This document shows, piece after piece, positions 7,472-17,624 of a DNA stretch of 50,638 nt (the stretch's first letter is position 1; each line of letters opens with the position of its first letter). The translations under genes and the position numbers were made by a program. The DNA lies in the IMG/VR virus record IMGVR_UViG_3300044617_000880, positions 1 to 50,638 of that record; one strand, 5' to 3'. The notes below the pieces were generated by a model. The model saw only the letters and a list, made by a program, of their open reading frames with translations. It did no database searches and was not told the DNA's origin. This DNA is from a virus. Its lineage: Duplodnaviria > Caudoviricetes.

Positions 7472-9478
7472 TTACATGGGCATTCCGGGCATCTGTCCCC
7501 CCACGTTGGGGGGCATCATTCCAGGCTGCTGAGGCTGCATACCCATTGCTGCGGCCTCATCAGGTGTCGGGATCTGCTGCGGCAGGGTCTGGCCCATGAA
7601 CTGCAGCATCGTGTCTCGGAACTTGCGGAACTCATCCTGCACTTCGGGGCTAGCCGCCGCAAGGATCGGGCTGGTCATGAAGCCGCTAAGCACGCGCATC
7701 TGAATGTCCGGTCGGGTCATGTGCTGGGTAAGCACGATCTGGCCAGGGTCCTCGCCGTTGCCATACAGGAGCAGGATGTTCTGCACCACTGACTCGTACG
7801 CACCCTTTTCCTCATCCATCCACATGGCGAAGTCCAGACCTTCCTTGAGGGCAAAGATCTTCAGGCCGGTGGGGTCGGTGAGGCCGGTCTTGAGGAGAGC
7901 CATTGCTTCCTCCTTGCGGGCCACGTCGCTACGGGGGTTGACCTGCTTCACGCCGAAGGTGAGGTAGCCCACCTGCGGCAGTGGGTTTTGGTCAAATGAC
8001 ACCGTCGACTTGTCGATGTCCAGCACTGCACCCGCAAGGTCCAGGGTGACGTAGTTGACGGGGACCGTGCGGGGGAACTTGACGATCTCGGCTACGGCTT
8101 GGGCGGTAAGCGAGCGGTACATGTTGCCGAAGGCGCGCTGAATACCCATTGCTGGGTTGGTCATCGCCTTGGTGATCTGCTCGTCAAGGAACTGCAGGCC
8201 GGGAGCGCTGTCAACGCGACCCTTCTCTTGGAGGAGATCTTGGACGGGGCTGATCTGCTGCATCACATCGCGGGCAAACTGGGCCACCTTACCGGGCGCA
8301 TCGCCGGCATTCCACGGCTGGATCGGGAACGGCTTGAAGTTCTCATTCAGCGGGTCGGGGGTGTAGGTCATCACGCGAAGACCACGGCCCACGTCCTTCA
8401 GTAGAGTGCGCTCGTTCATAGAGCCCTGTGGCAGCACGAGCACGCCGTAGCGATCGGTATCGCGGATGTTGTTGAAGAGGCTCTTCATCATGTGCTCGGC
8501 CTGTCGGCAGATACCGAACAGAAGGTCGAACATGCCGGCTCCGTAGAAGGTGCCGGTATCCATAAAGCGGGCCCAGCCAAGGGGACAGTACATCGCCGCG
8601 TCGTCGTACGACTCGTCGACGAGGATCTCGTTACCGCTAGAGACAACGTAGCGGACGCAGGTGTCGCGTGGGCCGTTGATCCACAACTCGCGGATGCGGG
8701 CCACTTCGTTGACCACGTCGGTGCCTTCTGAAGCGCCGGTGGTAATGCCGCTGTTGTTGAAGGGGTTGCGCATGTACGAGCCGGGCTCGTCAAGGCCAAG
8801 GTCGGTGGTCACGTCGCCGTGGTCAACCTTCCACCACTCCATCTGGTTCTTCTTCTTCTCGGAGATCTTGCCGAACTTCGAGGCAAGCAGGTCGATGGGC
8901 ACCACGCGCTGGCGGATGATGCCGCTCTGCTTAGTGTGATCCTGGTGCAGAGCGGGGAATGGGAACACCTCACGGGGGTGCACCACTTCAAGATCGGCAG
9001 TAAGGCCGACGGTGGGGACATCGGTGAGGTGCCCCATGATTCCGCAGCAACCGAGGGTTGCAAAGATGTGGGCAAAGTCGGAGGTGACCTGGGACAGCTG
9101 GTGGTCAGAGACCAGCGAGTCGGCAATGATCTGTGCGCTGGAACGCTCGCGGATCATGCGCAGACTGGTGCCCTGGCGCATGATCTTGGGACGGAGGTCC
9201 ATGGTGGCAATGCGCGCCACCGTGCGATCAATCATGGAAAGGAGGTCCTGCGACTGGAACTCCATGTTGCCTTCGCGGTCCAGATAGTGGGGAGAGAGGC
9301 GGCCAGTGAGCGGGTCAAAGATGTCGAAGCGTCGAGCTCCGTTCAGGTAGTGCCACGCCAGCAGCCACATGGAGCGGCGATAGTTGTAGCGCACGCGCTC
9401 ACGGTCCACGTGCATGCGCATAAACTTTGCAATATCGGCGGGCTTACTTGGAAGGCTTAGCGGGCTTCGGGTGTTCAC
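7472..9478 (-). CDS. Portal protein (~668 aa)
   Basis: Lies between terminase and scaffold, has P22-like size and a Q/P/M-rich C-terminal tail. GTG at 9478 has an AGAGG SD. Confidence 0.8.
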   Translation of the reverse strand: MNTRSPLSLPSKPADIAKFMRMHVDRERVRYNYRRSMWLLAWHYLNGARRFDIFDPLTGRLSPHYLDREGNMEFQSQDLLSMIDRTVARIATMDLRPKIMRQGTSLRMIRERSSAQIIADSLVSDHQLSQVTSDFAHIFATLGCCGIMGHLTDVPTVGLTADLEVVHPREVFPFPALHQDHTKQSGIIRQRVVPIDLLASKFGKISEKKKNQMEWWKVDHGDVTTDLGLDEPGSYMRNPFNNSGITTGASEGTDVVNEVARIRELWINGPRDTCVRYVVSSGNEILVDESYDDAAMYCPLGWARFMDTGTFYGAGMFDLLFGICRQAEHMMKSLFNNIRDTDRYGVLVLPQGSMNERTLLKDVGRGLRVMTYTPDPLNENFKPFPIQPWNAGDAPGKVAQFARDVMQQISPVQDLLQEKGRVDSAPGLQFLDEQITKAMTNPAMGIQRAFGNMYRSLTAQAVAEIVKFPRTVPVNYVTLDLAGAVLDIDKSTVSFDQNPLPQVGYLTFGVKQVNPRSDVARKEEAMALLKTGLTDPTGLKIFALKEGLDFAMWMDEEKGAYESVVQNILLLYGNGEDPGQIVLTQHMTRPDIQMRVLSGFMTSPILAAASPEVQDEFRKFRDTMLQFMGQTLPQQIPTPDEAAAMGMQPQQPGMMPPNVGGQMPGMPM

Positions 9479-9701
9479 TGGGTTTCCTCTGGGCTGCGCC
9501 CTGTGGCTTCCAAGTTGCGGGGATGTCATCGTCAACCATCGTGAAGTTGCCCGTAAACTTGGGTTCCGGGGTCTCCGATGCGATAGGGCGCGTCACGGGA
9601 AAGTCACCATTCACCCGTCCGTAGTACACACGAGCCATTGCCTCATACAAAAAGTAGGGGATGGTGACGTACTGGGAATCAGACTCTGGTCTCGCCGTCA
9701 T
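9444..9701 (-). CDS. Hypothetical protein (85 aa)
   Basis: GAGGAG SD inside the terminase 3' end; bridges terminase and portal. Confidence 0.7.
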   Translation of the reverse strand: MTARPESDSQYVTIPYFLYEAMARVYYGRVNGDFPVTRPIASETPEPKFTGNFTMVDDDIPATWKPQGAAQRKPSEHPKPAKPSK

Positions 9702-11613
9702 TCGTATGCTCCTCTGGCCTTAAGATATCAAGCACATCATCACTTGGAAGGCTGTTCCAGTCAACCATGGACAGCAGGGACACCCCATTGTCATGTCGCT
9801 CCCCGTCCTTCAACCGCTCGAGGGGGGACCTCAAGGATTCGACACCCAAGCCCCGCTTGGGCAATCGGAACTTCAGGATCATGGAGGACATGGCTACCGC
9901 GTCGATGTGGTCGTCGTGCGCAAGACCGCCATCGCGGGCTTCGGGGTTGAACTGCTCCAACTGGTCAAACAGATCGCGCCACGGCTTGTCCATGCGCTTC
10001 CACATCGGGAGCTTCAAGAGTCCGTGCTCGAAGCGGAACAGGAGACCGGAGATCTTGGCTTCCTTCTGGACCATGCCCACCTTGAGGGGCATGATTCGCG
10101 GCATGTGTTTGGTGCCGGTGATCTCGGTGGCCCGCTGGCGGACCAAGGTTTCAAGTTGCTGGTAGAGGTTGACCGACTCGCGGACCACCTCGGGGTGGAT
10201 AGACGGGACCTTCCACTTGTCGGCAAGGCGGAAGACGTTTCGGATCAGCTGGTCCTCGGGGACTTGGCCTGCCCACATATCTAGAACAAAAAGGCAGTTG
10301 TCACTGTTAACCGCCATGACAACTGCTACCTTATAATCCGAGTCAGGACCATGAGTATACGACGTATCGACAGCCATGAAGGTGAGGGAATTCAAGAGGA
10401 AGTCCTTGATGGGCATCACCTTGATTCCGGTTTTCTCCCCCCACGCGATCTTAGTATCGGAGGTCACCGGGTCAGTGTCGAAGGACGGATCCGGGTCCTC
10501 AATCCACCACCCGTGGTTCTCACGGATGAGGGGCGGGAAGAAGTTCTCACCGCTCTCACCGGGTCGACCGCGATACTCAGCCAGATAGACAGCATTACCG
10601 ATTCGTTCTTTGATTTCCTCAAGGGAAATGCGGTTCGCAAGATCTGGTCGCGCAAGTTTGTCTGCACGGTTGAGGGGCCACATCTCGGGCCAACAGGAGT
10701 GGAGCTTTCCGTCTTTTTCGTACTCCGAGTCAAGAAGCATGCGTGACCAGAACTCGAAGCGGGGATCCCGAGCGCGCGGGCCACTGGGCGTCTGCTCGGT
10801 CTGCATGGCATGCCACGCATAGTGACGCCGGCTGACGAAGGTAGCCAGCCACCGCACCGAGGTGTCGGGGCGGGTAAGCATGGGCAGCACGATCTTGAAC
10901 AGCAGATTCTCCACGTAGTCGCGGAGTACCGCCATGGACGTCGATGCCTTGGGATCGTACTCAGGGTCATCAAGGATGTAGCAACGTGGTCGACCGCCGC
11001 GCTGCTTGCTGGATGCGGAGATGGCCCGGAGCCACGACCCGTTCTTCAGGTACATCATTTCAAGACCGAAGCTGGCTTCGCCACGACGGGGGACAATGCG
11101 ACCGTCGGGGAACTCAGGCGAAAAGTCGTCGAAGATGCGCGAGTTGTCTGTGAACTGACTCTTGATGATCTGGCTCGTCTGCTGCGCGTTGTCGTGCGAG
11201 CTCGTAGCGTAGATAAAGGAGAAGGCCGGTCGGGTGAGCATCTGCAGCAGGATCGACTTGCGGATGCAGTTGCTCTTCGCGTAACCACGAGGGGCCACGG
11301 CAATGCTTGATCGGGATGTCGCCCATTCCTTGTAGATTGAAACATGGCCCTTCGGAGTCGGCACCGGGGTGTCGTCGAAGAACAAAGGATTGAAATCCGT
11401 ATCGGGGTCCGGCCATAGATACCAAGCCTCGAAGAAACGGAGTGAGGAAATGAAATCAATGGCTCGCTGCTTCAGGTCAGTCGAGGGCAGAAGCCACTGC
11501 CGCGTTGCATTGATACGAGCAAGCCGCTGACCCTCATCGGTCAGCGTGTCGTAGTCGGCGGGCAGCGGGTAAAGCGGATTCTCAGGCGGTTGCGGTATTC
11601 GCTTGATCTGCAT
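9679..11613 (-). CDS. terL: Terminase large subunit
   Basis: Walker A APRGYAKS, Walker B YILDDPE, and RNase H-like nuclease motifs MAVDTS...DY...HDDHIDA. Confidence 0.92.
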   Translation of the reverse strand: MQIKRIPQPPENPLYPLPADYDTLTDEGQRLARINATRQWLLPSTDLKQRAIDFISSLRFFEAWYLWPDPDTDFNPLFFDDTPVPTPKGHVSIYKEWATSRSSIAVAPRGYAKSNCIRKSILLQMLTRPAFSFIYATSSHDNAQQTSQIIKSQFTDNSRIFDDFSPEFPDGRIVPRRGEASFGLEMMYLKNGSWLRAISASSKQRGGRPRCYILDDPEYDPKASTSMAVLRDYVENLLFKIVLPMLTRPDTSVRWLATFVSRRHYAWHAMQTEQTPSGPRARDPRFEFWSRMLLDSEYEKDGKLHSCWPEMWPLNRADKLARPDLANRISLEEIKERIGNAVYLAEYRGRPGESGENFFPPLIRENHGWWIEDPDPSFDTDPVTSDTKIAWGEKTGIKVMPIKDFLLNSLTFMAVDTSYTHGPDSDYKVAVVMAVNSDNCLFVLDMWAGQVPEDQLIRNVFRLADKWKVPSIHPEVVRESVNLYQQLETLVRQRATEITGTKHMPRIMPLKVGMVQKEAKISGLLFRFEHGLLKLPMWKRMDKPWRDLFDQLEQFNPEARDGGLAHDDHIDAVAMSSMILKFRLPKRGLGVESLRSPLERLKDGERHDNGVSLLSMVDWNSLPSDDVLDILRPEEHTNDGETRV

Positions 11614-12001
11614 TCTTCAGCTTTCCGGCTGCGTACAGCTGGACGGTGATGATGCGCGTGATGGCCACCGCAACGAGGCGGGGATCACGGGCAACCATCG
11701 AGTGAGACAGGTACTGCTTCAGGAGTGGATAGTACTCGGGGAACAGCTTTCCGTTGTCGTCACGAAGCGTCGTCTTCAAGATCATCCCCAGAATCTCCGG
11801 GCTCGCAATCGAGATCACCGGGTCCTGGATCGCCAGATCGTACAACACCTGGCCCGCTGCTCGAGCCATCTGCATGTCGTCCATCGCCTCGATCTGCTGG
11901 ATCGCCTGCACCAGGATCGGGTCTTCCGGCGTGTGGGGAATCTGTGGCTGCGGGGAGGTAGGTGCTTGCGAACTCCGGACGGTCTTGGTCGACGATGCCA
12001 T
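11582..12001 (-). CDS. Hypothetical protein (139 aa)
   Basis: AGGAG SD upstream of the ATG; helical sequence; its end overlaps the terL start. Confidence 0.7.
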   Translation of the reverse strand: MASSTKTVRSSQAPTSPQPQIPHTPEDPILVQAIQQIEAMDDMQMARAAGQVLYDLAIQDPVISIASPEILGMILKTTLRDDNGKLFPEYYPLLKQYLSHSMVARDPRLVAVAITRIITVQLYAAGKLKNADQANTATA

Positions 12002-12326
12002 GTACGTTCTCCTGAATCTTGGACACCAGCTTGGAGGTCTCGAAGGAGACCTTCACCTTGCGTCCATCATGCGTCTCAATCGCTTCAGCGGATTGCTTCT
12101 GAATCAGACCAGAAGCCTGTGCGACCTCCCTGATCACGTGACGGAGCCGGGAGTGGGCTCGAAGTGAGATGTTAGGGTCTGTATCGCGGAAATGTCGGAC
12201 CAGTGTCTCCATTTCCTCATGAATGTCAAAGCCCGACGCTCTGAGCGCGCCCCCCACGGATTCGCTCGCAAAGAACGAGGTCAGCGGGTCTGTCGGTTTC
12301 TTGGGGTCAGGCAGTGCGGGGGGCAT
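11760..12326 (-). CDS. Hypothetical protein, small-terminase candidate (188 aa)
   Basis: TAATG-coupled to the upstream gene, helical N-half, near terL. The function is a positional guess only. Confidence 0.55.
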   Translation of the reverse strand: MPPALPDPKKPTDPLTSFFASESVGGALRASGFDIHEEMETLVRHFRDTDPNISLRAHSRLRHVIREVAQASGLIQKQSAEAIETHDGRKVKVSFETSKLVSKIQENVHGIVDQDRPEFASTYLPAATDSPHAGRPDPGAGDPADRGDGRHADGSSSGPGVVRSGDPGPGDLDCEPGDSGDDLEDDAS

Positions 12327-14245
12327 TAGCCTTCAATGTACTTGATGATGCTGGCAATCTTGTCAGCAGGGAGGCCATTTCGCTGAAGCTTTTTTACAAA
12401 GTCCACCATTGTCTTGCGGTCAACCTCTAATGTGGGTGCAACTACAGCTCCGGTTGGTACCTTCGGAGTTGGGGAGGCCAAAGGTCCTTGAGTTCTGATC
12501 TCTTGGTAGGTCTCTGGTGGAATTCCCTTGTTGATCAAAGACAAAATACGCTTCAATTCCTTCTTGGAAACTCCAGGTCGAAGTTGGGAAATGATGTCCT
12601 TGTAGGTTGGTGAACCCATGAATTCACGCCACCGTTGAGGATCAGCTTTCAAGCCCTTGACTGCGTCATCAATTGCTTGCACAAGAGCAAAATCCTTGGT
12701 GGCAGCCATAGATCGACCAGAAACCATTTCTGGAACGGGGGTTGGGGTAGGTCCTGGTGGGGCTGGGGGTAAGGGCTCGCGGACTTCACTACGAACTGGT
12801 AGTGGGTCCCCAGGGTTTGCAATTGACGGGCGGTATGGCATCCCCCCACGGCGCATTACCTCGGGGATTGGTGGGCCAACCGGCTTGGTAGCGGCTTCTC
12901 TGGCTCGAATCAGCGCAAGAATAGGGTTGGTGCCAGGGGCTTTGGGGTTTACATCAGCAGGACCGGGGGATCGCCTGGACTCTGCCTTGCCGCGAAGCGC
13001 TGCGTTTTCTCGAGCGGCCTGCAGGTCAAGTTTTGTAAGGTTCGCCACACCTATGAGCTTCTTAAGTGATGCCAAGCCCTCTCCAAGCAGCCCAAGCTTG
13101 GTCTTTTTGACTGGGATCAGCTTGCCTTCCGCGTCCTGCGCCATGATGCCGCCGTTTTTAGCGGTGATCTTAGCAAGTTCTCGCAGTGTATCGTCACCAA
13201 AGTTGCTGCGCATCAACATTTCAACCACACGGTTCTTGATAGACGTACGCTGCTCCACAGACACACCTGATGAGGTGTCAATTCGGTCAAAAAGACCCTT
13301 TACTTGCTTGGCTATGCCCTTGCCAGACTGGCCTGTGCGGAGAAGTTCCTTGGCTTCGTCAATAAATGCAGGCACCTCCGCTGGGACTACCTGAGCCAAC
13401 TTGGATTCGACATTGGGAGAGCCAGAGACGTCCCTGCGGTACGCACCAATAGCGGTTGTCCTGAACTTGTTAGCAATTTCAACTTCAATCAATCGACCCA
13501 ACCGCTCTGGATCTTGCAATGCCTGCGGATCTTGCTTCTTGGCGTTGGCCAAAATGAGATCAACGTCAGCCACGGAGATTTGGCCGGTGTTTACTGCCAT
13601 GTTCACAACAGTTTTTGTTTGGTCTGGCAGTGCCTTGTAGTTTTTGTTCTTGTACAGCTGGTCCTGCAGAGCCCTTCGGTCCTTAGTGCGCCGAGCTAGA
13701 CCTTGAACGTCGCCTTCTTTAATAGGAGGAAGCTTTGTGCGGCCGGTGGGTGCCTCAAAGTTCGGGTTACCTTCGCTTCGAAGGAACGACTGCGTAGCAA
13801 CCTTGTCAGCAAGACGTTGGCGGGCCTGAGCCAAAGTCATTAGACGTTCGTCTACAAGTGGCAGTTCCGACATCAAGGCAGCATCCGACTGCAACTTTTT
13901 GATTTGCTTGATAATGGATTCGTATCGAGCGGTTGCTTGCTTGCTAGCCCCCGGGATTGCGGCTTCTACCAGCTTTACAGCATCGTCAAGCGTGTGCCAC
14001 GTCTCTTGCTGGCCACGGCTAATAGCCTTCCCCTGTGCATACCCCGGCCCAAAAGCCAAGAGTAACTGGTTGTCCTGTACCTTGAGGCGGGGTTCCTTAC
14101 CCAACTTTACCAACTCAGCCAAAGTAGGGACTCGAGGCGGCGTACCAGCAATGGCTCGCTTTGGATCACGAAGCCCCGGGGCCCCCATTTGAGCTTCAGC
14201 GGCCTTGATTCCAGCTTTTGGTTTTGATCTGAAAATGGGGGGCAT
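12326..14245 (-). CDS. Large basic helical protein, possible internal virion protein (639 aa)
   Basis: Long coupled ORF, K/A/P-rich, no Cys, with AT-richer codons. Confidence 0.7.
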   Translation of the reverse strand: MPPIFRSKPKAGIKAAEAQMGAPGLRDPKRAIAGTPPRVPTLAELVKLGKEPRLKVQDNQLLLAFGPGYAQGKAISRGQQETWHTLDDAVKLVEAAIPGASKQATARYESIIKQIKKLQSDAALMSELPLVDERLMTLAQARQRLADKVATQSFLRSEGNPNFEAPTGRTKLPPIKEGDVQGLARRTKDRRALQDQLYKNKNYKALPDQTKTVVNMAVNTGQISVADVDLILANAKKQDPQALQDPERLGRLIEVEIANKFRTTAIGAYRRDVSGSPNVESKLAQVVPAEVPAFIDEAKELLRTGQSGKGIAKQVKGLFDRIDTSSGVSVEQRTSIKNRVVEMLMRSNFGDDTLRELAKITAKNGGIMAQDAEGKLIPVKKTKLGLLGEGLASLKKLIGVANLTKLDLQAARENAALRGKAESRRSPGPADVNPKAPGTNPILALIRAREAATKPVGPPIPEVMRRGGMPYRPSIANPGDPLPVRSEVREPLPPAPPGPTPTPVPEMVSGRSMAATKDFALVQAIDDAVKGLKADPQRWREFMGSPTYKDIISQLRPGVSKKELKRILSLINKGIPPETYQEIRTQGPLASPTPKVPTGAVVAPTLEVDRKTMVDFVKKLQRNGLPADKIASIIKYIEG

Positions 14246-14682
14246 TAGTTCTTGATCCGAGCTTGGGTGTCCTTGAGGCGCGAGACGACCTCGCCAGCTG
14301 CAGATCTTAAGGTGCCAGGTTGCACTATGCCAAACATCTTGCGACCACGTTCCATGAGCTCAGTGGTCTCGGGGATCGAGTCAATGATTTCTTGGGAGGA
14401 GACGGATGTGCGTGTGTTGGGCCGGTGTTGGGAGCCGGGCAGGGAGAAGTCGGGTGCACCGGGGCGAGTGATGGTGCGCATCGCCAACATAAAGGCGATG
14501 AGATCGACGAGGATGCGATCGCCGGGTGCGTGGATGACCGGCACGTTCAGCTTGCGGAAGAGCTGGCGTAGTCCGCGCTTCGTGAGGCCGAGAGCGGCAA
14601 GCTCGCGGAGGATGTAGTCCTCACCTACAAGGCGCATCCCCCCACCGAAGGAGATGTACATCAAGTTGGGTTGCGTGCTCAT
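14245..14682 (-). CDS. Hypothetical protein, possible HTH (145 aa)
   Basis: Coupled ORF; ELAALGLTKRGLRQLFRKLNVP looks helix-turn-helix-like. Confidence 0.65.
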   Translation of the reverse strand: MSTQPNLMYISFGGGMRLVGEDYILRELAALGLTKRGLRQLFRKLNVPVIHAPGDRILVDLIAFMLAMRTITRPGAPDFSLPGSQHRPNTRTSVSSQEIIDSIPETTELMERGRKMFGIVQPGTLRSAAGEVVSRLKDTQARIKN

Positions 14683-16188
14683 TTAAAAAGGCGCGCGAGG
14701 CATTCGGGGCGGCGGCATGTCGGGAAGCATGTTTCGAAGTTTGTTGAATTGCTCCATAGTAATCCGGCCTGAGATCAATTCGTCCAACAAACCTTGAAGA
14801 GCCTGACCAGTTTTAAGTTGGATAGTGTCCTTTGCACTGGTTAGGGCATCAACGCCGGAGGCAATTGTGTTACCAACAGCTCGATCCGCTGCAAGCTTCG
14901 TATTGTCCGCAGCCTCAAAAGCAGAACCAACTGCACCCAGACCCGCGTTAATACCGGAGTCAATTGCATTCAGGCCGGATTCAAGCCCACGCCCAAGGTA
15001 GTCAGCGCCTTGTCCGGCCAGGTCGTAAAGATAACTTCCTGCGCTTCCAATACCCCTTCCAATCCCTTCAACTACCGGGCCAACGGTGTTTCCAATTGCG
15101 CGGTCAACTGCAAGCTTGGCGTTGTCCGCGGTGTCAAAAGCATTGCCAAGGAAACTACCTGTTGCACCCACGGCTTGGCCAACGGAGGTGTTTCCAAACC
15201 GCTCAGCCATGCTAGGTGTGTTACCCGGCATGCCCTGTGGGTAGAGATCGGCAGTGGTGGGGCCCATCTGTCGAGTTGGAGCTGCGGGGGCGGGGGCAGG
15301 AGCTGCAGCGGGTGCGTTTGCTTCAGCGGGTGGGAAGTATGAAGTCGGTTGGCGTCGGTACTTATCACCAATTCTCCGCGCTGCGGCTGCAATGATTGCG
15401 TCTTCAGGAGTCTTGATGGCCTGAACATCCCCGGTAACTACATTAGTTCCCATCCTGGCTAGTTTTGGAACGATGGTTGGTGGCTTGGACTGTGGAGACT
15501 GTGGAGCAACAGACCTAGCGAGGTCCAAGAACTCCTTGGAGCTCACAACGTCAACTAGGTTTGGAGGAGGAGGCGGGGCGGGAGTCGAGGGGGTGAGTTG
15601 GGTGTTGGGCGTTGCGGTGCCGTCACCGTCCCAACCGAGGTCCTTCTTGGGGTTTGCGGCTGCCGCCTGCTTCTGCTTCACGTTTGCCCAGTGGGTTCGA
15701 GTCTTTGTTTCGTGTGCGCGGTCAGCGTCCCACTTTTCGGATCGCCGGATCTCGTTGATCTTGTCCGAGATCATTGTCTGGAGGTGACGCCTGGTCATAC
15801 CGTCGCCCATGCGGTCAACCTTAGCTGCAAGGTCGATTAGTCCGGCAATGGTGTTTGCGTTACCGATTTCGGCAACGGAAACAGTTTCCGGCTTTTGCTG
15901 CTTTGTTGTGTCTGGGGTTTGACCCGGAGTTGTTCCCGGTGTAATGTTCGGCTTGCTAGCAGCAGTGCTAGCCCCACTTGCAGCTCCGACTCCACTGCCC
16001 GAGCCCGAAGTCGTAGAGCCACCCCCAAAATTCAAAGTTGGTGCTTCCCACTTGTAATCAAGCAGGCCTCCGTATGGGTTGTTTTGTGCAGTCGGCGCCT
16101 GAGTGTTGACTGGTGGTAGCGGGTTGAAGAGCGGTGCGCTCTGCCTGCGGAATGCTGGATCGAAATTTGGATTGGAATAGGTCGACAT
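14683..16188 (-). CDS. Low-complexity G/A/P-rich protein, possible internal virion protein (501 aa)
   Basis: AAGGAG SD; internal duplication AFDTADNAKLAVDRAIGNT / AFEAADNTKLAADRAVGNT. Confidence 0.7.
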   Translation of the reverse strand: MSTYSNPNFDPAFRRQSAPLFNPLPPVNTQAPTAQNNPYGGLLDYKWEAPTLNFGGGSTTSGSGSGVGAASGASTAASKPNITPGTTPGQTPDTTKQQKPETVSVAEIGNANTIAGLIDLAAKVDRMGDGMTRRHLQTMISDKINEIRRSEKWDADRAHETKTRTHWANVKQKQAAAANPKKDLGWDGDGTATPNTQLTPSTPAPPPPPNLVDVVSSKEFLDLARSVAPQSPQSKPPTIVPKLARMGTNVVTGDVQAIKTPEDAIIAAAARRIGDKYRRQPTSYFPPAEANAPAAAPAPAPAAPTRQMGPTTADLYPQGMPGNTPSMAERFGNTSVGQAVGATGSFLGNAFDTADNAKLAVDRAIGNTVGPVVEGIGRGIGSAGSYLYDLAGQGADYLGRGLESGLNAIDSGINAGLGAVGSAFEAADNTKLAADRAVGNTIASGVDALTSAKDTIQLKTGQALQGLLDELISGRITMEQFNKLRNMLPDMPPPRMPRAPF

Positions 16189-16226
16189 ACTGGCTCCTTA
16201 GGGGCTGAACAACAGGAGGATACGCG

Positions 16227-17624
16227 ATGAAAGTCTTGACGCAACGGAACCCGCTGAACAGTGCAGAGCCCATGGCAATTGCTAGGGCTATTCTGAGGGC
16301 AAGGTGGACGACACCGCAGGGTCGGATGGGTATTTGGGAGTGGCGTGGAGAGCCGTGGGAGTGGTATGCGGGCAAGTGGGTAAGGAGGGACGAGCGGTGG
16401 TTGGAGGAGGCGCTGTGGTTGGCGATGGAGGATGCGCATATCCAGACTCCGACGCCAACGGGCATCAATACGCGGCGGTTGGGGCCTACGAGTCAGACCG
16501 TGATGAACGTGCAGCAGGCGTTGAGGGCCCTGATTCGGCTGAAGCAGAGCTATGCGCCGGCGTGGCTGGGCAATGTGGTCGATACGCCGGAGCTCGAACG
16601 GTGCGTGGCGTTTGAGGATGTGGTTGTGGACGTGCTGACGGGCAAGACGGTGGTCAGGGACGAGCTGTTCTTTGAGCCGGTGGTTGTGGGGTGCGCGTGG
16701 GACCCGACTGCGGCGTGTCCGACGTGGATGGCGTGCTTGGAACAGTGGAGTGGGGGCGATGAGAAGTGGAAGAGTCTGCTGCAGAGGGCGATGGGGGCGA
16801 TGTTGATGCCCGGCAGACGGTGGCAGCGGTGGCTGCTTATGCAGGGACGGGTCCGTGGCGGCAAGGGAACCATTATGCGGGTCGTGAAGAACCTGATGGG
16901 CGATGGTTTCAGGGGTCTGAGCATGGCTCAGTTGGCTAGTCAGTTCGGGTTGTGGGGTAGCGAGGCGGCCAGGGTGCTGAGTGTCAGTGAGTTTGGGGCC
17001 CTGAATAGCCGGGAGGGCGAGATGGCAGCCAGTACGCTCAAGAATATTGTGGGTGGGGACCCCGTGAGTATTGATAGGAAGTACATGGAGCCTATCCGGG
17101 ATGTGGTGATACCGGGTTTCTTGGTGGTGCAGAGCAACGAGATTCCGAAGTTGCCCAATAAGGGGCAGGGTTTGGCCAGCAAGATGCTGGTTCTGCCGTT
17201 TACCAATAGCTTTTTGGGCCGGGAGGACCTGCAGTTGGCGTCAAAGTTGGCGGGGGAGACTGCGGGTATTGCGGCGTGGGCGCTGCAGGGGGCGAAGGAG
17301 CTGCTTGAGGAGACCGATTCGGGTCAGTTGTGGCCAGTTCCAGCGGCGGCAGAGGAAGTTGTGGGGCGTTTCCAGTCCCTGAACAACCCCGTGCAGGACT
17401 TCTTGGAGTCCCATTTCGTGGAAAGCGAGGGGGGATTCGTCAGTACGACCAATCTGTGGGGTATCTGGAAGCAATGGAAGGCTCGAGTGGGGTATCGGGA
17501 GGAGGTGTCGCAGGCTCAGCTCGTTCATAGGATGGTTGAGGAGAGTACATGGAAGCTTGTTAGGGGTCGATTAGGGGATGAGCGCATTAGGGGCGTCAGG
17601 GGGCTGGTGGTCAAGGAGGGGTGA
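16227..17624 (+). CDS. SF3 (P4 alpha/poxvirus D5-type) replicative helicase without a primase domain
   Basis: Walker A GRVRGGKGT, Walker B SVSE, LKNIVGGDPVSIDRKY, SNEIPK and LVLPF motifs, C-terminal winged helix; AGGAGG SD. Confidence 0.9.
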   Translation: MKVLTQRNPLNSAEPMAIARAILRARWTTPQGRMGIWEWRGEPWEWYAGKWVRRDERWLEEALWLAMEDAHIQTPTPTGINTRRLGPTSQTVMNVQQALRALIRLKQSYAPAWLGNVVDTPELERCVAFEDVVVDVLTGKTVVRDELFFEPVVVGCAWDPTAACPTWMACLEQWSGGDEKWKSLLQRAMGAMLMPGRRWQRWLLMQGRVRGGKGTIMRVVKNLMGDGFRGLSMAQLASQFGLWGSEAARVLSVSEFGALNSREGEMAASTLKNIVGGDPVSIDRKYMEPIRDVVIPGFLVVQSNEIPKLPNKGQGLASKMLVLPFTNSFLGREDLQLASKLAGETAGIAAWALQGAKELLEETDSGQLWPVPAAAEEVVGRFQSLNNPVQDFLESHFVESEGGFVSTTNLWGIWKQWKARVGYREEVSQAQLVHRMVEESTWKLVRGRLGDERIRGVRGLVVKEG

